From: Pseudomonadota bacterium
Lineage (GTDB): Bacteria; Pseudomonadota; Gammaproteobacteria; Xanthomonadales; SZUA-38
Length of the DNA: 64,000 nt
Reading direction: 5' to 3'
Assembly: GCA_039195135.1 (NCBI GenBank)
Contig: JBCCVP010000001.1
Span: 33,839-97,838 of the forward strand
The position numbers and the translations under genes are program-made. The notes under the pieces are model-generated. The model did not search any database and was not told the origin of the DNA. It saw only the letters and a list, made by a program, of their open reading frames with translations. Numbering within the stretch: position 1 is the first letter of the stretch; the number at the start of each line of letters is the position of its first letter. This document shows positions 27,301 to 37,595 of the stretch, piece after piece.

Positions 27301-27528
27301 GAGCCGGCGGATCTTACCGTCGCGCTCATTCCGGTCGACGTCGCTGCGAGCCTCACGGTGGAGGTCACCGTCGTGAGCGGCACGGAGGACCCGGAGATTG
27401 GCGCCGGGAGCAACAACGAACTGCTCCTGATTGCGCCGCTGGGCAGCGGGCCGATTGCGGGCGGTGACGTGCTGTTCAGCGACTCCTTCGAGGAGCCGCC
27501 GGCACCCGGCGCTGCCGCGAGTCCGTAA
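24364..27528 (+). CDS. Large secreted right-handed beta-helix (Pmp-like GGxI repeats) protein with C-terminal DUF11/CARDB-like Ig repeats
   Basis: I chose the ATG at 24364 (AGGAGA upstream). The signal peptide is MIARPFYASPVAFFRTGLLGATLTAGLTFGGNVHA. Repeated motifs include GGGIYLDG, GGGIFCRNG, GGGVHLDN, GGGLFVINS and GGGAYLFDG. There are then three units of the form ADL.V...YT/F.L.N.GP (for example YTVTLRNEGPEAISDA, YRFGLENLGPDTASQP, FAITLENLGPGLAQAP). The protein ends ...VLFSDSFEEPPAPGAAASP. Confidence 0.75.
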   Translation: MIARPFYASPVAFFRTGLLGATLTAGLTFGGNVHALITVGSDAACDFNNLQAAVDSIPRGESDVIRLANNLNAEPVQVVGVSIDVIGGYTSCTDSTSNANDRSIIRGFGGVQPVVFASGFTNAEPQYLRLTSVIVEDGSAEFGSGIRVGARYAANLSNVIVRDNVSQDSGGGIYLDGSNGATLRLEYGTRVEDNHAGKYGGGIFCRNGQIDFRDGAIDSNLAGAHGGGVHLDNCELTGSFSGARSISHNRVDYHTAGLDGDDLLGGLLLAAGGGLFVINSSTVVLGSESSSTVIEHNQVRDGYYDGGGFANYNIYGYGGGLAARGGATAISLTNTHVGHNTGMHGGGAYLFDGAHLSVQRDPEGCQTVAGYVGCASFDDNLAEGYSQGFTGCVATAATFAGQGGALAALSGASARFDGVTIRDNTVTRYKSCVFVNDKYRPEGAAIYQSSSHVELLNSLVHRNVGAGEDAPDDIIHLAGSSPSLKVVHSHIVGNDSDVEATIRTSAASPRFQIFSSIILTTGSRGFGTASASDVEVTVDCLYASNTAPFSDQPGLAFNLMDGSNPGFVNGSAGDFRLAAGSDAVDFCDAGAIAAAGLSSGIQKDLDGNDRPILVTQPATAYDLGAFEYQSGIAAQVVDLGVTIDDGGLNYAPNSTMGYTVTLRNEGPEAISDAAFRLELDNVIGNRSVIPFSGDWSCLENGQLLTCSYEANLIAGQTAPAVAVQFAAPDYPAQLRSTVKTVASNTVVDPVDSNNEATEVTSISQEADLAVSVIAAPEVVTPGTRPVYRFGLENLGPDTASQPRITFTFPGVAIEPRVDVAPTGFTCGEVVELPNETLTVSCERTTLAVVQQEFDVSARLPTDYSDLSWDISARAQSASGDADTANDEALASSELGFLGADLSLSGVAPEYLQPTTINQFAITLENLGPGLAQAPVITGAFSGGAADPLIVSGAGFICVPVGAEPYEGFECLANADLPVSEPADLTVALIPVDVAASLTVEVTVVSGTEDPEIGAGSNNELLLIAPLGSGPIAGGDVLFSDSFEEPPAPGAAASP

Positions 27529-27563
27529 GCGCAAGGCGTCGGTAGGCAACGCCGGCTCGCCAA

Positions 27564-27588
27564 TCCCGGACCCTCCGTGGGTCCGGGA
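27564..27588. terminator. 10-bp perfect hairpin between convergent genes (candidate bidirectional terminator, no U-tract)
   Basis: TCCCGGACCC (27564-73), loop TCCGT, GGGTCCGGGA (27579-88). It lies between the stop at 27528 (+) and the stop at 27618 (-). Confidence 0.4.
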
Positions 27589-27617
27589 CTGGCTAAACTC
27601 GCACCGCCATCGGTCGG

Positions 27618-28610
27618 TCAGTCGCCGCCTGAAAACACCTTGTGCGCGCCCAGCTCATGTCCCTTAAGGCCGTGATGAATGATCTGCTGATAATGTTCCC
27701 GCAGCGTGTCCTCACCGGTCTCGGGCGTCGCATCTGCGCTGTACTGCTGGGTGGTTTTGTCCCAGACCAGCATGGACTCGGTGGCGTAGTAGTGACCAAT
27801 TCTTGCGAGCTCAGCTTTGGCCGCCATGCGCGGCAGCAGTTTGCCCAGCACGTTTAAGACGGCTCCGGCCACCTTGAAAAGGCCGACCGGAACGCTGCGA
27901 AACCGCGGTGGCCGGTCCAGCAGCTCAAACAACAAATGGCCCTGATCCCGAGGCGTCAGCGCCGGGCCCGGCCCGCCAATCGGTAGCACCCGGTCCGTCA
28001 GATCCCGCCGTTCCAGGCAGTCAACGAGGTAATTGGCCAGGTCTCTCTCGCTGATCGGCTTGCAGGCGGTCTCGGTACCGCCGCCGAAAACCAGAAACGG
28101 TTTGCCATCACGAACCCGGCCGAGCTGCCCAGACAGCGACTTAAAGAAGGCGGTAGGACGAACAACGGAGTAGGAGATGCCCGACTCCATCAGCAGGTGC
28201 TCAAATGCCAGCTTGGCCTCCTGAAACGCAAGCCGGGGTTTTTGCACACACAGAGCCGACAGAAGCACAAAGCGGCTGGCCTCCGCATGCTGTGCCTGCG
28301 CAAGCAGATGCACGTTGGCCTGATAGTCCACCCGCCAAGCATCCTCCGCCACGCCGCTGCGCGACGCCAGGCAGGAAATGAAGGCGCCGCCGGTCAGGCC
28401 GCGAAGGACGCCGGACAGCGCCGCGGCATCGGTAACCTCAACTTCCCGCAGTTCGCAGCCCGCGAGCTCATCAATCCCGGCGGCCTCCGAGTGGCAGCGC
28501 ACCAGCGCCAGCACGGGGTAGCCCCGGGCCGTCAGGGTCCGCGCAACCGCGCGCCCGATATAGCCCGTGGCTCCGGCCAGCACCACCGGGTTGGGAATGC
28601 TCTGCGTCAC
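27618..28610 (-). CDS. NAD(P)H-binding extended-SDR/NmrA-like protein of the DVR/BciA (divinyl chlorophyllide 8-vinyl reductase) family
   Basis: GTG start. Motifs are VVLAGATGYIGRAV, YSVVRPTAFFKSLSGQLGRVRDGKPFLVFGGGTETACKPISERDLANYLVDC, LPIGGPGPALTPRDQG, IGHYYATESMLVWD...YSADATPETGEDTLREHY and GLKGHELG. These closely follow the plant/bacterial DVR pattern as I remember it (YSIVRPTAFFKSLGGQVE..GKPYVMFGDG...[40 protein letters not shown]). Confidence 0.6.
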   Translation of the reverse strand: MTQSIPNPVVLAGATGYIGRAVARTLTARGYPVLALVRCHSEAAGIDELAGCELREVEVTDAAALSGVLRGLTGGAFISCLASRSGVAEDAWRVDYQANVHLLAQAQHAEASRFVLLSALCVQKPRLAFQEAKLAFEHLLMESGISYSVVRPTAFFKSLSGQLGRVRDGKPFLVFGGGTETACKPISERDLANYLVDCLERRDLTDRVLPIGGPGPALTPRDQGHLLFELLDRPPRFRSVPVGLFKVAGAVLNVLGKLLPRMAAKAELARIGHYYATESMLVWDKTTQQYSADATPETGEDTLREHYQQIIHHGLKGHELGAHKVFSGGD

Positions 28611-28781
28611 GGGCTCACCTTAATCTGCTCGGGCAAACGCGTCTGCCTGCTCACCTTTAGGATCAAAATTGTGAAATGGCACCTTGTGCTGATGCAAGCG
28701 CGGGTACCATCCCGGGGCGCCCATAGCGGCACGCAGCAAAAGCCGTTAGCATCCTCGCGACTCTGACTTCCCCTCACCCAC

Positions 28782-31014
<2,233 letters not shown>

Positions 31015-31087
31015 ATCAGCTCCTTCCGACTAGGTCCTGGAGTGTAGGACATCCGGCGGCAGATTTTGAGCCAGATTTGATCTGGCG

Positions 31088-31858
31088 CTATTGCCGAGGC
31101 GGTGCAGCGAGCGTGATTGGTCCAAATACGCCGGCGTCGATGTAGGCCCGATTTCGATCACCATTCACCGGTTCGATGGCGAGATCGGTCAGGAAGTTAT
31201 CGCGTTTGCCCGGTTCGTCGGCATCGCAGTAGGCCGCCATAAACCCTAACGTTTCGCCGGCCTTCAGGAGCCGCGGTGTGGAAGGGGGATTGGCGGACTC
31301 GGAATAGTCGTCGCCGTAAACGGCCAGGGAGACTTCCCATACGACGGTGTAAGGCGCTTCGCTCCGGCGCCGCCAGCGGGACGTTAGGTGATCGGGAAAC
31401 GTAAGCACTCGCGGCGACCCTTCAAACCCTTCAAGGTGCGGCGCGATATCCACCACCTGATTGTCCAGCGCGATGTGGTAAGCAAAAGCGTTGTAGCTGT
31501 AATGATGGTTGCCACCGCTGCGGTTTTCGTCAATCAGAAGTTCCAGCGCGTCGTCATTCCAGTACGACACGCGCGGATTGGGTTCCGCGTCCAGCAGCAC
31601 GTCATCAATAATCTCTGCGAGCAGGTACAGGCGCTCTTCGGTCCACACCAGCTTGTAGCGGCCGCTGAAGTCGGCGGGTTCCGGCGGCTCCCCGAGGATG
31701 ACCTGATCGATGGGCCGCCAGGATGCTTCGGCCCAGGCGGCATCGTCGTCCCGGCCATCAATCTGCGGTGGCGTGGCGGCGTAGGTAACCTCCCAGGCCC
31801 AGATTGGCGCGGCGGGCCACAGGAGCAGAAGAGTTGCGATCAGGGGCTTTCCAGTCAT
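31088..31858 (-). CDS. Exported CBM9-like (carbohydrate-binding family 9 / DOMON-like) protein
   Basis: The signal peptide is LIATLLLLWPAAPIWA. The block PPQIDGRDDDAAWAEASWRPID...YLLAEIIDDVLLD...WNDDALELLIDEN is typical of the CBM9_1-like fold. Its ATG overlaps the gluconokinase stop (ATGA at 31855-31858). Confidence 0.6.
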   Translation of the reverse strand: MTGKPLIATLLLLWPAAPIWAWEVTYAATPPQIDGRDDDAAWAEASWRPIDQVILGEPPEPADFSGRYKLVWTEERLYLLAEIIDDVLLDAEPNPRVSYWNDDALELLIDENRSGGNHHYSYNAFAYHIALDNQVVDIAPHLEGFEGSPRVLTFPDHLTSRWRRRSEAPYTVVWEVSLAVYGDDYSESANPPSTPRLLKAGETLGFMAAYCDADEPGKRDNFLTDLAIEPVNGDRNRAYIDAGVFGPITLAAPPRQ

Positions 31859-32373
31859 GTCAGCTCCAACTGTTGCATGAGCGCTTCGGCGCGGCGCGCC
31901 AGCGATTTGGGAGAGAGGGCGGCGTCCAGGCTGACAACGTCCGGTTCGCCGGCCGGGGACTGCAGGTCCAGGTACTGGGAGGTGAGCAGTTCGGCACCGG
32001 CAAAATGGCGTTTACGACGCGCCAGTCGCCGACCGATCAGCGCGGGTGTGGCCGTCAGGTGGATAAACATGGCGCGAAGACCGCAGCCGCGCAGCCGGTC
32101 CCGGGCGGATCTGCGCAAAGCGCTGTGGGCCAGCACGACGTTATGCTGCCGCCTGCGATGGTCTCGCAGCTCGTCGCACACGACATCCATCCACGGCTGA
32201 CGCTCTGTGTCGGTCAAGCCCACGCCGGCCGCCATTCGGGCCTGATTCGCGGCACTGTGAAAGTGATCGGCCTCGACCATCTCCCAGCCCCAGCGATCCG
32301 CCAGGATTTGCGCCAGCGTCGATTTCCCGCAGCCGGCCACGCCCATGCAGACCACCAGACGGGGCGGACTCAT
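31855..32373 (-). CDS. gntK: Gluconokinase (GntK/IdnK family)
   Basis: The P-loop is LVVCMGVAGCGKSTLAQILADRWGW. It is followed by ADHFHSAANQARMAAGVGLTDTERQPWMDVV. Size is 172 aa. Confidence 0.85.
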   Translation of the reverse strand: MSPPRLVVCMGVAGCGKSTLAQILADRWGWEMVEADHFHSAANQARMAAGVGLTDTERQPWMDVVCDELRDHRRRQHNVVLAHSALRRSARDRLRGCGLRAMFIHLTATPALIGRRLARRKRHFAGAELLTSQYLDLQSPAGEPDVVSLDAALSPKSLARRAEALMQQLELT

Positions 32374-34751
32374 GTCGGTTCCGCACCCAGCAGCACGTTC
32401 ACCCGATAGGTGCGCCCGGCTTCAACCGGCAGCACATCCCCCGCCAACGGCTGGCCGTCCACGAACATGCGGGTTGCCGGACCTGGACCTTCACGACGAT
32501 AGACCACCTGATATTCGGCGCCGCGAAATCGGCGCGTCACCTGAGCCCGGGGCCAGCGCTCCGGAAGCTGGGGACGAAGCCGGAGGCCGTCCCGGCAACC
32601 CTTTAATCCAAACAACTCTTCGATCACGATGCGGTAAAACCAGCTTGCCGCGCCGGTGTGAAACAGCTGACTGGAGCGCCCGGCCGCGTCGGGGAGCTGG
32701 TGTACCGCGCCACGATAGTAGTTGGGGACAAACACCGGCAGCTGCCCCCGACGCAGCAGATCCTCCGGATCGGGACCCGGCAGCGCTGCGAGCAGCTGCT
32801 GGTAGGCCGCCTCAGATTCGTTCAACCGATACAGCGCGTACACATAAAACATGGCGGCGTGATTGTAGATGGCGCCGTTCTCGGCGCTGCCCGGGTACTT
32901 TTGTGTCACCCGGCCGATATCTTCCCGCATCCGGGTGTAGGCCGGTGCCAGGATCATGGCCCCGAAATCGGTTTCCAGCTGTTCGCGAACTGCCTTCAGC
33001 AAACGCTCGGATTGATCGTCGGTGGCGATACCGGCCAGGACGGCCCAACTTTGCGGGTTGAGGAATATGCGACCCTCCGGATCCGCCTGCACGCCAAACG
33101 TTTTGTCGTCATCGGTAATGCCGCGGGCAAACCAATCCCCGTCCCAGAGATACTGTTGAATGGCCTGCTCCAGCAACCGGGCGCGACCCGCCATTTCCTC
33201 TGCGACGGCGTTTCTGCCGGCCTGCCTTGCGACCCCTTCCCAGACGTTGAGTGCGTAGACGGTGGCCATGGACAACCAGCCGGAAACTCCTCGGCCGGCG
33301 GGCCCTACCATGTTCATCGGATCACACCAGTCACCCTGATTGATCAGGCTCAGGCCGCGGTGGTCGCAGTTGTTGATCAGCCAACGCATAGCCCGGGTTA
33401 CCCGGTCAAAAAGTGACCGCTGCTGCTGGTCCGCCTCACCCTGCACCGGCCGATCCAGCAGCGCCCAATCTCCGGTTTCGTCCAGAATGATCTGCAGGCA
33501 GATCGGCAGCCAGACGCAGTGGTCGGTGTGGGGAATCTGGTTGATATATTTGAGCTCTGCGCCCGCTTCCAAGATGATGCCCTCGGGCATGCCGCCGTCG
33601 GGAAGCTGCTGGGCCAGCGCCTGCACCAATCGATTCCCGACCACCTCCGGCTCGATGTACACCTGACCCATGGTGTCCTGGAGAAAATTGCGCGTCTGGG
33701 GGTCCGTGGTCAACCGATTGGCCTGTCCGTGGTAGTGCACCTGCCGGTTGAGCCAGTGATTCACAAAGCTGTCGAAACTGTGGTCCGGCGTTTGAATCTG
33801 GATCGCGCCCTGGCCCTTCTCAACAAACTGCGCCATCTGCCGGGTGGCGCCTTCGAATCCCCTCGGACCCAGGTATCGCTCTCGCATCTGCGCAATTTCC
33901 GCGTCGCTGCCGGCCGGACCGAACACAAAAGACAGGGACCGGGTTTCTGACGGTTCCAGCGCCAGCCGGTACTGGTAAACCGCCACCGGCGAGTCGTAGC
34001 CGGCGTCGCCGTTGCCCAGCTCGGCGCGGGCCACCCCGCCCGGCCGGGTCAGCCCGCCCTCCCCTTCAAAAACCTGGCTTGAGGTCTCCCAGGCGGAGGG
34101 CGGCGTTCCGTGAAGCAGGTAGGTACAGTCTTTCAGCCGACGCACCCGGGGATATTCTTCAAGTTTCTGATAGGGCGTCACGGAGCAGGCCACCAGGGCG
34201 CCGAGGGCTGGGTCGTAGCGCGCTGACTGGTTCATCCAGCTCATGTAGCCGATGGAGAAGTAGGGATATACGCTGACCTGCCGGCGCTCCCGGGATCGGT
34301 TGCGGACGGAAATAGTCCAAAGCTCCGCGACATCGTCCAGCGGCAGCGATACTTCCATCTCGATCTCGATACCACCCCGGGACACCGCCCAGCGAAGGTC
34401 TGCCGGCCCAACGGAGAACAGAAACCGGTCCGGTGTCTGCCGCATGGGCTCGTGGGGCGCTGAGAACTGGTCCCCCGTTATCTCGTCTTTGACGAACACA
34501 AACCGTCCGGGGTGATGCGCGTAGTACGGCATCTCCGGCTGCATGAAGGTCTTGGCCTCCAGCACCGGACCGTGGGAATACTTGCTGGGTTCCGGCTGCA
34601 TATGCTGAGCCACCGCGTAGCCGCGGCAGTTGAACTGCACCAGCATGCGCGGATTCCACAGAAATGCCCCGGCTTTAGGTAGCGTCAGCGGGCAGTGCAG
34701 TTCCACCCGACTACCCGAACCATTGCGCGTCAGCAAAGCGCTAGTGTCCAT
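32370..34751 (-). CDS. GH94 glycoside phosphorylase; the linked gluconokinase suggests cellobionic acid phosphorylase, with cellobiose phosphorylase as the alternative
   Basis: I chose the ATG at 34751 (MDTSALLTRNG...), giving about 794 aa. GH94-like blocks are GLSLINQGDWCDPMN (compare the RADWND motif), IPHTDHCVWLP and PGSAENGAIYNHAAMFYVYAL. The gene is translationally coupled to the upstream symporter and the downstream gntK. Confidence 0.75.
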   Translation of the reverse strand: MDTSALLTRNGSGSRVELHCPLTLPKAGAFLWNPRMLVQFNCRGYAVAQHMQPEPSKYSHGPVLEAKTFMQPEMPYYAHHPGRFVFVKDEITGDQFSAPHEPMRQTPDRFLFSVGPADLRWAVSRGGIEIEMEVSLPLDDVAELWTISVRNRSRERRQVSVYPYFSIGYMSWMNQSARYDPALGALVACSVTPYQKLEEYPRVRRLKDCTYLLHGTPPSAWETSSQVFEGEGGLTRPGGVARAELGNGDAGYDSPVAVYQYRLALEPSETRSLSFVFGPAGSDAEIAQMRERYLGPRGFEGATRQMAQFVEKGQGAIQIQTPDHSFDSFVNHWLNRQVHYHGQANRLTTDPQTRNFLQDTMGQVYIEPEVVGNRLVQALAQQLPDGGMPEGIILEAGAELKYINQIPHTDHCVWLPICLQIILDETGDWALLDRPVQGEADQQQRSLFDRVTRAMRWLINNCDHRGLSLINQGDWCDPMNMVGPAGRGVSGWLSMATVYALNVWEGVARQAGRNAVAEEMAGRARLLEQAIQQYLWDGDWFARGITDDDKTFGVQADPEGRIFLNPQSWAVLAGIATDDQSERLLKAVREQLETDFGAMILAPAYTRMREDIGRVTQKYPGSAENGAIYNHAAMFYVYALYRLNESEAAYQQLLAALPGPDPEDLLRRGQLPVFVPNYYRGAVHQLPDAAGRSSQLFHTGAASWFYRIVIEELFGLKGCRDGLRLRPQLPERWPRAQVTRRFRGAEYQVVYRREGPGPATRMFVDGQPLAGDVLPVEAGRTYRVNVLLGAEPT

Positions 34752-36093
34752 CTCGTTCCCCCAGGTCCCGCTGGATCCCCGCCAGAGTGGGGCCAGATAA
34801 GGTGTAGCGAGTCGCCACCAGCATCGCGAGCAGCGCAAATCCTCCCGGCACCGCCGTCTGCAGCAGCGCTATGCCGGTAGCCGATGCGTCCGTTTGCGCC
34901 TGGTTGGCGGCGTAGCCAATCGCTGCAAGCACCCACAGCATGCCGGCCGAACCCAGAGATCCGCCCAGCTTTTGCGAAAACGTGGCGGCGGCGAAGGTCA
35001 TGGCGGTGGCCCGTCGGCCGTTTTTCCATTCGCCAAAATCGGCCGTGTCTGCGTACATGGACCAGGTCAGCGGCGATTTGGGTCCGAGCGCGAGGCTGAT
35101 CAGAATGTTCAACCCGAAAATGGCCCAGAGCATGTCCTTCGGCACAAAGTAAAACACCACCGACAGGCACCCCACGATCGCCATGAGAATCACCAGCAGC
35201 CGGGCCTTGTCCACATAGCGGGTCAGTACCGGAGCCAGCAGGGCGCCGGCGGCGTAGGCGATCATCTGGCACAGCAGATAATCCGGCAGCAGGTCCGGCC
35301 GCTCCAGGTAATAGTTGAAGTAGTAGTAGGCAGAACCGCCGCGCAGGGTGATCGTCATCATGATGATCAGGGCCAGCGCGAACAGCACCAGCCAGGGCCC
35401 ATTGCCGATCAGGTCCTTAAGATCCTGCCCCGGGCTGGTGACCTGGGCCGGGGGCGGCTGAATCCGCTCCCGGGTGGTGAGAAACGTGGTGACAAACAGC
35501 GCGATGGCAACCAGGCCGTAAACACCCATAGTGACCTGCCAGCCCCGCTCGGCGTCGCCGGCGCCAAAGTACTCCACCAGCGGCAGCGTGTATTTGTTGA
35601 CCAGCGCACCGCCGGTGAAGGCAAACAGAAAACGTACGCTGATCAACGTGGTCCGTTCCTGGCTGCGGGCCGTGAGTACACCGGAGAGCGCCGAGTACGG
35701 GGTGCTCAGCACGGTGTACAGCAGCATCAGCAGGGTGTAGGTGCCATAGGCCCAAAGGAGTTTGCCTGTCTCATCGAGGTCCGGCGTGGTGAAGGTCAAA
35801 ACGCCCGCCGCCGCCAGCGGGACCGCGGCAAACAGCAGGTAGGGCCGAAATTTGCCAAAGCGCGTTTGGGTTCGGTCCGCAACGGCCCCCATCACCGGGT
35901 CGGTAAATGCATCGACGATGCGGGTGACCAGCAGCATGGTGCCGGCGGCGGCGGCGGAGATGCCAAAGACGTCGGTGTAGAACGCGGCAAGAAACGACGC
36001 CATGGTGGTCCAGTACAAGTTGAAGCCCAGGTCGCCCACGCCGTAGCCGAGCTTTTCGCCCCACTTCAGCTGAATCTGCCGGGACGTCGTCAT
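34741..36093 (-). CDS. MFS/GPH-family glycoside-cation symporter (MelB/XylP-like)
   Basis: 450 aa and polytopic. The N-terminal GPH signature is KLGYGVGDLGFNLYWTTMASFLAAFYTDVFGI...VTRIVDAFTDPVMGAVADRT. Confidence 0.85.
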   Translation of the reverse strand: MTTSRQIQLKWGEKLGYGVGDLGFNLYWTTMASFLAAFYTDVFGISAAAAGTMLLVTRIVDAFTDPVMGAVADRTQTRFGKFRPYLLFAAVPLAAAGVLTFTTPDLDETGKLLWAYGTYTLLMLLYTVLSTPYSALSGVLTARSQERTTLISVRFLFAFTGGALVNKYTLPLVEYFGAGDAERGWQVTMGVYGLVAIALFVTTFLTTRERIQPPPAQVTSPGQDLKDLIGNGPWLVLFALALIIMMTITLRGGSAYYYFNYYLERPDLLPDYLLCQMIAYAAGALLAPVLTRYVDKARLLVILMAIVGCLSVVFYFVPKDMLWAIFGLNILISLALGPKSPLTWSMYADTADFGEWKNGRRATAMTFAAATFSQKLGGSLGSAGMLWVLAAIGYAANQAQTDASATGIALLQTAVPGGFALLAMLVATRYTLSGPTLAGIQRDLGERDGH

Positions 36094-37595
36094 AGAGCTT
36101 CCGCCTTGCAGTGCTGCTGGATAAAGTCCTCCTGCCGGGGCATTTGCGCGGCGCAGGCGGCGATGATGTCGCGCATCTGATCGAGCCGGGCAATCACCTC
36201 CGCGCTTCCCAGCGCCGCTACCACCGGATGATGACCTGCCGGCCGCAGGCCCTGGCCGTGCATCACGGCCAGCCAGCTGGTCTCGGTAAACAACTCCTCC
36301 TTGTCTCGGATGATGCGACCGTTGGCCTCATAAAGCGCGTACTTTCGGGCCAGATGATCCGTTAGGGGAAGATCCCGGCAATGCCGCCAGAACGGCGTAT
36401 CGTCGCGCTCGGTCTGGCGGTAGTGGAGCACGAGGAAATCCCGCACAAATTCGTACTCGACGCGGGTGGCGCGGTTGTACTCGTCGATATCCGCCGGGTC
36501 AAAATTCCCGGTAGGAAACAGGGTCATCAGGCGGGCGATACCGGTCTGAATCAGGTGGATGCTGGTGGACTCCAGCGGCTCCATAAACCCTGCCGCCAGC
36601 CCCAGGGCCACCACGTTCCGGTTCCAGATCTTTTGCCGAATGCCGGTGGTGAACCGCAGGTGGATCGGATCGCGAAGTGCCGGCCCTTCCAGATTGTCCA
36701 GCAGCAGCTGGGTGGCCTCATCCTGCGTCGTGAATTCATCACAATAGACGTGACCGTTGCCGACCCGGTGCTGCAGCGGAATGCGCCACTGCCATCCGGC
36801 GCCGTGGGCGGTAGAGCGGGTATATGGCGATGGAGGGCCAACCTGCTCGCACGGCACGGCAACCGCCCGATTGCAGGGCAGCCAGGCACTCCAGTCGTCG
36901 TAGCCGCTTCCCAGCGCTTCCTCAATCAGGAGGCCGCGGAATCCACTGCAGTCGATGAAGAGATCACCCTCGATCGCCGGCCCGTTTTCCAGCTGCACCG
37001 AATCGACAAATCCGTCGTCGCGCAGCACCACGTCGACCACCCGGCCCTCGATGCGGCGCACCCCCAGGTTTTCCGCGTAGCTGCGCAGGTAGCTGGCATA
37101 CAGCCCGGCATCGAACTGAAAGGCATAGGCGATAAACGCCAGCGGCGAATTGCGCTGAGACGTATCGGGGCGCATGAAGCGCCGCTGCCGTGCCGCAACG
37201 TCCTGCAGGCAGAACTCCGCCAGCGCATGGGGATATCCGTTCTGCTGACCGTGGAGCCAGAAGTGGTGAAACGGCACGCCCTCCATATCCGCCCCGAAAC
37301 TGCCAAACGGATGGAAGTAGCGGTGCCCCCGGCGGGTCCAGTTGACGAACTCAATGCCGAGTTTGAAGGTCGCCTGCGTACGGCGGACAAAATCGTCTTC
37401 GTCCAGCTCCAGCAGTCGATTAAACAGCGTGATCTGGGGGATCGTTGCCTCGCCCACCCCAACGGTACCGATGGCTTCGGATTCGACCAGCCGGATCTCA
37501 AGATGCTCGCCGAGCAGCCGGCTCAGGGCGGCCGCGGCCATCCAGCCGGCGGTGCCGCCGCCGACGATTACCACCCGTTTGACCTGGGCCATCAC
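36090..37595 (-). CDS. Tryptophan-halogenase-like FAD-dependent protein, paralogue 1
   Basis: Motifs VVIVGGGTAGWMAAAALS, GVGEATIP, GAGWQWRIPLQHRVGNGHVY (WxWxIP) and GFMEPLESTSIHLI. No Lys occurs in the segment after GEATIP (PQITLFNRLLEL). Confidence 0.8.
   Translation of the reverse strand: MMAQVKRVVIVGGGTAGWMAAAALSRLLGEHLEIRLVESEAIGTVGVGEATIPQITLFNRLLELDEDDFVRRTQATFKLGIEFVNWTRRGHRYFHPFGSFGADMEGVPFHHFWLHGQQNGYPHALAEFCLQDVAARQRRFMRPDTSQRNSPLAFIAYAFQFDAGLYASYLRSYAENLGVRRIEGRVVDVVLRDDGFVDSVQLENGPAIEGDLFIDCSGFRGLLIEEALGSGYDDWSAWLPCNRAVAVPCEQVGPPSPYTRSTAHGAGWQWRIPLQHRVGNGHVYCDEFTTQDEATQLLLDNLEGPALRDPIHLRFTTGIRQKIWNRNVVALGLAAGFMEPLESTSIHLIQTGIARLMTLFPTGNFDPADIDEYNRATRVEYEFVRDFLVLHYRQTERDDTPFWRHCRDLPLTDHLARKYALYEANGRIIRDKEELFTETSWLAVMHGQGLRPAGHHPVVAALGSAEVIARLDQMRDIIAACAAQMPRQEDFIQQHCKAEAL

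Noticed and set aside
27618-28610. Treating the DVR/BciA-like gene as evidence that this window is part of a photosynthesis gene cluster.
   Set aside because: No bch, puf, puh, crt or ppsR-like genes occur within the 64 kb, and the neighbours are unrelated.
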